Assembly (NCBI GenBank): GCA_040081675.1
Contig: JBEBGB010000001.1
Coordinates: 1 to 55,065 of the forward strand
Source of the DNA: Vicinamibacterales bacterium
GTDB taxonomy: Bacteria > Acidobacteriota > Vicinamibacteria > Vicinamibacterales > CAVVIG01
Direction of reading: 5' to 3'
DNA length: 55,065 nucleotides
In this document: one piece after another, positions 19,584 through 26,066 of the stretch
How positions within the stretch are numbered: the stretch's first letter is position 1
How the letters are laid out: every line of letters starts with the position of its first letter
Program-made: the position numbers and the translations under genes
The notes under the pieces: generated by a model
What the model was told of the DNA's origin: nothing
What the model saw: only the letters and a program-made list of their open reading frames with translations
Databases searched by the model: none

Positions 19584-19769
19584 GCTGTGTGATCTCCTGG
19601 ACCACTCGTGGTTGAATTCTTGGAGATCCGCGGTACTACTCGGCCGCGGGATCGAAGAAAGTCTTCCAGACGATGTTCTTGCGACAGTGGTCAGGTTTTC
19701 GCCTGACTTTTGGCGACTTACTAACCCTCTAAAGCCCGATGGGGCCAGGTGGAAGCTAACCTCAGGCTC

Positions 19770-21047
19770 ATGACTGACCGATATGAGTCGGTAGGCTTGG
19801 GCTTCCGCCGAACCTGGCTGGCCCCTGGTCGAGCTGGGGGAAGTGCCGTGCGTTCATTCAATCGCCATCACGCCGCGTGGGCGGTCGTCCTCATCGCCAG
19901 TGCCATCGTGGCGGTCCGGGCGCCGGTACGGGCGTTCATCGTCCGCCTGCCTGCTGTTGCTCGACCCGAGCTTGTCGTGGTGGCAGGCCTGTGTCTCCTC
20001 GTATCGGCCTTCGGTCTCCACCAATATCGTCAGCGTCGTCGAGCGCAGATTCTGGCTGCGGCCGCTTCCGCTGAAGCCGAACAGGGTCGAGCAGTCATAT
20101 CCGAGCTCGAGCTGTTGATCGCCTTCGGACGAGCGCTTGGCCACGCGCTCGAGCCGACCGCGACGCGCCAAATCTTCTGGCGCTACATGCCAACGTTCGC
20201 TGGCAACCGTGAGATCTGGATGGTCACACGCCGGCGCGACCGCTGGGACTCACTCGTCCATGAGGCAACTGCTTCGAATGTTCGGGCACGCGAGGACATC
20301 GAAGTCATCGCGACCTCGGCGCTGTCGGCCTTTGGTGACGGTACCGACCAGGCCGCTGGTGTCATTGTCGACAATGACATCTGCTTCCCGATGGTGATTG
20401 GGAATGCGACCGTCGGCGTCGTCGGCGTGAGGAATGCGCCCAACGTATCGGGGTCGGAGCGACACGCGCTGAGCGCCGCGACGTCGCTGCTGGCGATTGC
20501 GATTCGCAACAGTCAGTTGCTCGCTCAAACGCAGGAGAGCAGCATTCGTGACAGTCTGACCGGTTGCTTCAACAGGGCGTATGCGGTGGAAGCGCTGTCA
20601 GCCGAACTTCGGCGAGCTCGCAGAACGTCTCGGCCCGCGGCGGTCCTGATGTTTGATGTGGACCAGCTCAAGAGCATCAATCAACGCTACGGGCACCTGA
20701 CTGGGGATGCGATTCTGTCAACAATCGGAACTCATCTGTCGTCGATGCTCAGAGGCACCGACATCAAGTGCCGCATCGGTGGCGACGAGTTCCTGATCAT
20801 CCTGCCTGACACAGTGCTCGAAGGCGCGGAACACGTCGCGCGCTCGTTGGTGACAGCGATCTCCAATCTCCGCGTCAATGCCGGCGCTACGACTGTGTCT
20901 CCGAAGATTAGCGTGGGAGTCGTCGTGGCAGCGAAGAGCGAGACCGATCCTCAGTGCGTCATGTCTGAGGTCGACGAGGCGCTGGCCCGAGTCAAGCGTA
21001 GCGGACGCGGCAAGCGCGCAGTAAGTGCATTAACAGCAGCTGTTTGA
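19770..21047 (+). CDS. Membrane-anchored diguanylate cyclase (GAF-like + GGDEF)
   Basis: Two N-terminal TM segments. The C-terminal domain has an intact 'RIGGDEF' active site and an RxxD I-site ('RGTD') exactly 5 residues upstream. ATG 19770 is preferred over GTG 19749. Confidence 0.85.
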   Translation: MTDRYESVGLGFRRTWLAPGRAGGSAVRSFNRHHAAWAVVLIASAIVAVRAPVRAFIVRLPAVARPELVVVAGLCLLVSAFGLHQYRQRRRAQILAAAASAEAEQGRAVISELELLIAFGRALGHALEPTATRQIFWRYMPTFAGNREIWMVTRRRDRWDSLVHEATASNVRAREDIEVIATSALSAFGDGTDQAAGVIVDNDICFPMVIGNATVGVVGVRNAPNVSGSERHALSAATSLLAIAIRNSQLLAQTQESSIRDSLTGCFNRAYAVEALSAELRRARRTSRPAAVLMFDVDQLKSINQRYGHLTGDAILSTIGTHLSSMLRGTDIKCRIGGDEFLIILPDTVLEGAEHVARSLVTAISNLRVNAGATTVSPKISVGVVVAAKSETDPQCVMSEVDEALARVKRSGRGKRAVSALTAAV

Positions 21048-21303
21048 GGCGACAAGGCCGCTTCTGTGGCCACCAGCTCATCGGCATCAAGATGTCGTAT
21101 GTTCATACACTCACCGCGCAAATTCTTCACGGTTGGTAGCTGGTCTGTTGTATCATTTTGAACAAGATTCTCACCCTAACTGAGACAGACTGATCGACCG
21201 ATAGACGCTCGCGGGTCTTGCTCATCAGCGGCGATCGACATCAGCTGTGACTCAGAGGGCGAAGCTGTAGTTGCGGCGCGTTGGTGTCGATTTGCGAAAT
21301 ATT

Positions 21304-21918
21304 GTGCAAACAAGAGGCGGCGTCGTTCTCGCCATGAGCGCGCTCGCTGCGATCGCCGGCTGCTCAGGTGCGAGCAGCGCGACGTCGTCGTCACGCGAGA
21401 CCACGCGAGACAGTACACGGCTGTCATCAACGTACGACTCATCTGGAAAACTCGAGAAGCTCGAGTACGACCGCAACAACGACGGCAAGCCTGACACGTG
21501 GGGATTCATGAACGGCACCCGCGTCGTCCGCGTTGAAGTGGATGAGAACGGAGACGGGGTTGTGGATCGCTGGGAGTTTCATCGAGCGGACGAGAGTGCG
21601 AGTGGAACGCCGAGTGCCTCCCAGCCCGGGGATCGCACGCTCGAGCGCGTCGAGCGCGCCACGAAGTTCGATGCCAAGGTGTCTCGCTGGGAGTACTTCA
21701 CCGACGGCGCCTTGACGCGAATTGAAGAAGACACCGACGGTGACGGCAAGATCGACAAGTGGGAGTCGTACCGCGCCGGCACGCTCGAAACCCTGGCGCT
21801 GGACACACAAGGGCGTGGGAAGCCCGACAGACGTCTGGTGTACGCGCGGGATGGATCGTTCGTCCGAATGGAAGCCGACGTTACAGGAACCGGAACGTTC
21901 GAGCCGCTCGAGCCGTGA
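21304..21918 (+). CDS. Lipoprotein with four DxDxDG-type (EF-hand-like) Ca-binding repeats
   Basis: The GTG start gives a lipobox 'LAAIAGC'. Repeats: 'DRNNDGKPDTW', 'DENGDGVVDRW', 'DTDGDGKIDKW', 'DTQGRGKPDRR'. The start codon is uncertain (the ORF opens at 21271). Confidence 0.55.
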   Translation: MQTRGGVVLAMSALAAIAGCSGASSATSSSRETTRDSTRLSSTYDSSGKLEKLEYDRNNDGKPDTWGFMNGTRVVRVEVDENGDGVVDRWEFHRADESASGTPSASQPGDRTLERVERATKFDAKVSRWEYFTDGALTRIEEDTDGDGKIDKWESYRAGTLETLALDTQGRGKPDRRLVYARDGSFVRMEADVTGTGTFEPLEP

Positions 21919-23300
21919 TCACTGCACCCACCACCGCACGCACTGCACTTCTGCTCGCCGCGCCCGATGCGCTTCGAGATCTGGAACCATTGCTGCTCGG
22001 CATGGGCTATCTGCCGTTGGCACTAGACGGAGCAGATGCGGTTGCCGGCGTCCGCGACCCTGTTGTGCTGTGCATCCTCGATTTGCGACAGAACGGCGAG
22101 GCGCTGCGGATGGCTCGTGCGGTACGGGCGCGACACCCTCGAGCGGTGTTGATTGGCGTCGCGGACCCTGAGCGGCCGATGACGTCGGCCGATGCTCTGC
22201 GCGCGGGTGTCTTCGACGTGCTGCCTCGGCCCGCATCGGCGCGCGACCTCGAGGCATTGATCGCGAACGCGCAGGAACAGTCCGCGTTGAATTCCGTGTT
22301 CGCGCAGGCAACGGATGCGCCGCGGTACGGCATCGCGGGATCGTCGCCAGCGATGGCCATGGTTCTGGACATCGTTCAGCGTGCAGCCGCTGGACGCTGC
22401 GGCATCCTCATTTGCGGCGAACGGGGCAGCGGTCGTGAGATGGTCGCGCGCGCCGTTCATGCCCACGACGCCGACCCGCACGCGCCGTTCGTCAAGATCG
22501 ATTGTTCCGGTCCGTCTCCCGAAGATATCGAACTGCAGCTATTCGGTGTGTTGTCCAGACGAACGACCGCACCTGAGGGACGCGCACTCGAACGCATCGC
22601 CGAACGATGTAGCCTGCGGGAGGCACGCGGCGGAATTCTGTTTCTCGAGAATGCGCTCGAGCTGCCCGCGCGCGCGCAGGCGCGACTGGTCCGGGTGCTA
22701 CGCGACCGCGAAGTATCGGTCGGAGGCACAGCCGAGACACAGATGCTTGACTTCCGACCAATCGCAAGCGTCGACGGCTCGGTCGAATCGGCACTCGAGG
22801 AAGGGCGCATTCGGCCCGATCTGTTCGAGCGGCTCTCTCTCGTCCGGATCGACGTTCCGGCACTGCGACAGCGCCGGGAAGACATTCCGGTTCTTGCCAC
22901 GCACTTTCTCAAGGAGCTGTGCAAGGCAAACGAGGTGCCGCTCAAGACACTCACGCGGCCGGCACTTACCTTGCTCTCTGCCCTGCCGTGGCGAGGCAAC
23001 GCACCGGAGCTCAGGAGCCTGCTCGAACGCCTCGTTCTGCTTGTCCCTCAAGGTCTCATTCGACTCGAAGACGTGCTCGCCCACACGCAGCTAGAGGGCA
23101 CGCTGAGCCCTGCGGGGTTCGACGCGACATTGCGTCATGCGCGCGCGCGCTTCGAGCGCGACTACATCGCGGCCGTGCTCCAGCACCAGCACGGCCGGAT
23201 CGCTGAGGCGGCCAAGGTGCTGGGCATTCAGCGCACGAATCTCTACCGAAAAATGCGTCGCCTCAACCTCATGCACGGAAAGGCGCGGCGGGACGCGTGA
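21915..23300 (+). CDS. NtrC-family regulator with degenerate receiver and AAA+ domains (no GAFTGA) and a Fis-type HTH
   Basis: Trimmed to GTG 21915 (GTGA overlap). Walker A 'GERGSGRE' (Lys replaced by Arg), Walker B 'FLENA' (DE replaced by EN), and no GAFTGA loop between 'QLFG' and 'GGILFLE'. C-terminal 'AAKVLGIQRTNLYRKMRRL'. Confidence 0.8.
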   Translation: MITAPTTARTALLLAAPDALRDLEPLLLGMGYLPLALDGADAVAGVRDPVVLCILDLRQNGEALRMARAVRARHPRAVLIGVADPERPMTSADALRAGVFDVLPRPASARDLEALIANAQEQSALNSVFAQATDAPRYGIAGSSPAMAMVLDIVQRAAAGRCGILICGERGSGREMVARAVHAHDADPHAPFVKIDCSGPSPEDIELQLFGVLSRRTTAPEGRALERIAERCSLREARGGILFLENALELPARAQARLVRVLRDREVSVGGTAETQMLDFRPIASVDGSVESALEEGRIRPDLFERLSLVRIDVPALRQRREDIPVLATHFLKELCKANEVPLKTLTRPALTLLSALPWRGNAPELRSLLERLVLLVPQGLIRLEDVLAHTQLEGTLSPAGFDATLRHARARFERDYIAAVLQHQHGRIAEAAKVLGIQRTNLYRKMRRLNLMHGKARRDA

Positions 23301-23465
23301 TGTATCTGAGACGATACAGGCGTTCAGAGTCCGATACACTACTCTCGCGGCGACGCTTGACTGTTGGGCTAAGCCTTGAGACGATTGGGCAGCTGAACGA
23401 GTCTCTTCCCCCAGCTCGAAATCGGCTGAGCCGGCCTGTTTGGCGGCAGAAGGGTTCGACTCTCA

Positions 23466-23951
23466 ATGATGATGCAACGGTTCGTAGCCAAGACGTTGGT
23501 GGTGACTCTCGCTCTCTCCTCGCTGCCTGCGGCTGCGTTCGCCCAGCAGGGAACCGCGCGTCCACCGGCAGGTCAGTACGGTCAAAGCACCACGCTGGCC
23601 GGAACAGCCAAGGACGAAGCCAAGAAGCCGTACTCCGAGTACACGGTGCGGGCCCGCGACGTGAAAGCCGGCACGATCGGTGGCAGCACGCCGCTCGACG
23701 CGCAAGGCGCTTTCTCGCTCATCGGCCTGACGACGCAGAACTACTTGGTGGAACTGTTGAACAAGGACGGCAAGGTGGTCTGCACCGAAGGTCCGTTCGA
23801 CATGTCGAAGCAAGCCATCAAGAGCGACGTCGTGGTCGACTGCGGCGGCATTCCGGCGGCCTGGTGGCTGGTCGGGGCTGCGGCAGCAGCGGGAATCACG
23901 GCCGGTATCGTCGCCGCGGGCGGCTCGACGCCAGCCAGCGCAGCCCAATAA
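23466..23951 (+). CDS. Small secreted protein, carboxypeptidase-regulatory-like beta-sandwich plus C-terminal Ala/Gly-rich hydrophobic tail
   Basis: 161 aa. Signal peptide 'LVVTLALSSLPAAAFAQQ', 'YTVRARDVKAGTIGGSTPLDAQGAFSLIGL' (CarboxypepD_reg-like pattern), and tail 'IPAAWWLVGAAAAAGITAGIVAAGG'. Followed by a strong terminator. Confidence 0.6.
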   Translation: MMMQRFVAKTLVVTLALSSLPAAAFAQQGTARPPAGQYGQSTTLAGTAKDEAKKPYSEYTVRARDVKAGTIGGSTPLDAQGAFSLIGLTTQNYLVELLNKDGKVVCTEGPFDMSKQAIKSDVVVDCGGIPAAWWLVGAAAAAGITAGIVAAGGSTPASAAQ

Positions 23952-23983
23952 GGTTCGTCGCGGCATCCCTGCCGCTTCTCGTG

Positions 23984-24023
23984 CGCGCCTGCGAACACAC
24001 CGTTCGCGGGCGCGTTTCATTTT
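23984..24023 (+). terminator. Rho-independent terminator
   Basis: 13-bp stem CGCGCCTGCGAAC / GTTCGCGGGCGCG (one G-U pair), 5-nt loop ACACC, then TTTCATTTT. Begins 33 nt after the stop of 23466-23951. Confidence 0.7.
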
Positions 24024-24049
24024 CCCCACACTCCAAACAATCGGGTTCC

Positions 24050-25267
24050 ATGCGTGTCGTACTGCGCGTAGCCGCGCTTGCACTCGTCTGCTTCGGCATA
24101 ACGGCGGCCCCGGGCCGTGCGCAGGAGGCGCCGCTCGATCCTGCGGAGGCCGCTCGCTTCAGGGTTGGCGCGCTCCGCTTCACGCCCTCCATCGCGGTAT
24201 CGAATGTCGGCGTGGACTCCAATGTCTTCAACGAAGCCGACGACCCGAAGCAGGACACGACGGCCGCCGTCGGTCCGGCGGTGAATCTCTGGTTGAAGAC
24301 GGGACCCGCGCGGTTGAGCGGCAAGGCGTCGGGACAATATCTGTACTTCAACAAGTACACGAACCAGCGATCGTGGAACACCAACGCCGAGGGTCGTTGG
24401 GACCTGATGCTTTCCAGGTTCGTGCCGTACATCGCCGCCGGCATCATTGACAACAAGGATCGCCCGGGCTTCGAAATCGACTCGCGCGTCAGGCTGAAAC
24501 AGGGACACGTGAACGTCGGCACGCCGATTCGCCTGTCCGGGAAAACGACCCTGCTTGTCGAAGGTGGCCGCACATCCACGCGGTACGATCGGAACGACCT
24601 GGTGCTTGGGGATCAAATCGCGAACTCACTCGATCGACGCACCAACGCCGAGGATGCCCAGCTGCGAGTCGCCCTCACGCCGCTCACCGTCTTCGTCGTC
24701 CGCGGCGGGGCGATGCAGGATCGGTTCGTGTACGACACGAGCCGCAACGCCGACAGCGTCAAGGTCATGCCGGGCTTCGAGCTGAAGCCCGAGGCGCTCG
24801 TCTCCGGACAGGTCTTCGTGGGCGTACGCCATTTCAATGCGCTTCACAACGAGGTGCCGGACTATACGGGTGTCGTGGCCGACGTGAACGCAAGCTACGC
24901 CTTACGTTCGACGCTGGTCCAACTCCGGGTGAACCGAGACCTGAACTTCTCGTTCGAACTGCTGGAACCGTACTACGCCCAACTGGACACGGGTCTCACG
25001 CTGACACAGCGCATCGCGCGACGATGGGACCTCGTCGGACGCGGAGGGCGACAGATTCTGGACTACAAGCACGTCTCATCCGCGACGTTACGCGCGCGCA
25101 CCGATCGCTCGTGGCAAGCCGGCGCCGGTATCGGCTACCGGCCGGCCGAGACGCTTCGCCTGGGGCTCGACGCCATTTACTCGAAACGAGATTCGGGCTC
25201 GCTCGTGGTGCGGAACTACGAGGGTCTTCGCGTTGGTGCTTCGTTCAGCTATGGGTTGGATCGATGA
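24050..25267 (+). CDS. Putative outer-membrane beta-barrel protein of export module B
   Basis: Trimmed to ATG 24050 ('MRVVLRVAALALVCFGITAAPGRAQE' signal). Alternating beta-strand pattern rich in Arg/Asp/Gly/Tyr/Asn. Its stop overlaps the Wza-like start (ATGA). Confidence 0.6.
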   Translation: MRVVLRVAALALVCFGITAAPGRAQEAPLDPAEAARFRVGALRFTPSIAVSNVGVDSNVFNEADDPKQDTTAAVGPAVNLWLKTGPARLSGKASGQYLYFNKYTNQRSWNTNAEGRWDLMLSRFVPYIAAGIIDNKDRPGFEIDSRVRLKQGHVNVGTPIRLSGKTTLLVEGGRTSTRYDRNDLVLGDQIANSLDRRTNAEDAQLRVALTPLTVFVVRGGAMQDRFVYDTSRNADSVKVMPGFELKPEALVSGQVFVGVRHFNALHNEVPDYTGVVADVNASYALRSTLVQLRVNRDLNFSFELLEPYYAQLDTGLTLTQRIARRWDLVGRGGRQILDYKHVSSATLRARTDRSWQAGAGIGYRPAETLRLGLDAIYSKRDSGSLVVRNYEGLRVGASFSYGLDR

Positions 25268-26058
25268 AAACGCACCTGCTCGTCATCGCCTGTCTGCTCG
25301 GGTTTGTCACACCGAGCGCAGCACAAACTGATTACGTCGTCGGGTCACAGGACGTGTTGACGGTCACCGTCTTCGGAGAACCCGAACTCACGGGCAAGTA
25401 CACGGTCGAACAAGACGGCACGTTCACGTTTCCGCAGATTGGCCGTGTGAAAGCCGGCGGCATGACACTGCGCGGGCTCGAACAGGATCTGAAGGCGAAG
25501 CTCGCCGACGGCTTCCTGAGAAACCCGCAGGTCGCCGTTGCTATCGAAAACTACAGGAGTCAGCGCATTCTCGTCATCGGCGAAGTGCGCACGCCGGGCG
25601 AATACCAGTTGAACGGCGAGATGACGCTGCTGTCGGCGCTTGCCAGGGCAGGGTCGACCACTCCCATGGCGGGTCGCGAGGCGACAGTTGTGCGCCCGAA
25701 GCGCAACGTCAAGCCCGGGGAAGAACCGTCGGAGATCATCAAGATCGATTTGACGGCGCTCCAGGCCGGCAACATGACGCTCAACATGTCATTGCAGGAT
25801 GGCGACACCGTCAACGTCCCCAAGGCCCAGTCCGTGTTCGTCACTGGTCAGGTGAAGTCGCCGGGGGCGTACGCGGCAGAACCCGGCGCGACCGTGCTGC
25901 AGGTGCTGTCGCTCGCTGGCGGCTTGACCGATCGGGGATCCGACAACCGCATCCGCATTCGCCGTACTGAGAATGGAAAGAACGTCGAATTCAGCGCCAA
26001 GCTGACTGACGTCGTCAAGCCTGGCGACACGATCATCGTTCGCGAGCGGTTCTTCTAG
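25264..26058 (+). CDS. Periplasmic polysaccharide export protein (Wza-like, Poly_export + SLBB)
   Basis: 'MKTHLLVIACLLGFVTPSAA' signal, then 'YVVGSQDVLTVTVFGEPELTGKYTVEQDGTFTFPQIGRVKAGGMT' and 'VFVTGQVKSPGAY'. Confidence 0.85.
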   Translation: MKTHLLVIACLLGFVTPSAAQTDYVVGSQDVLTVTVFGEPELTGKYTVEQDGTFTFPQIGRVKAGGMTLRGLEQDLKAKLADGFLRNPQVAVAIENYRSQRILVIGEVRTPGEYQLNGEMTLLSALARAGSTTPMAGREATVVRPKRNVKPGEEPSEIIKIDLTALQAGNMTLNMSLQDGDTVNVPKAQSVFVTGQVKSPGAYAAEPGATVLQVLSLAGGLTDRGSDNRIRIRRTENGKNVEFSAKLTDVVKPGDTIIVRERFF

Positions 26059-26066
26059 GAACGGTT

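Noticed and set aside
21282-21295. Sigma-54-like TGGTGTCGATTTGC upstream of the lipoprotein gene
   Set aside because: The GG-to-GC spacing is one nucleotide short of the invariant -24/-12 spacing. Similar TGG...GC strings in 23301-23465 and 9463-9963 also failed the spacing test.
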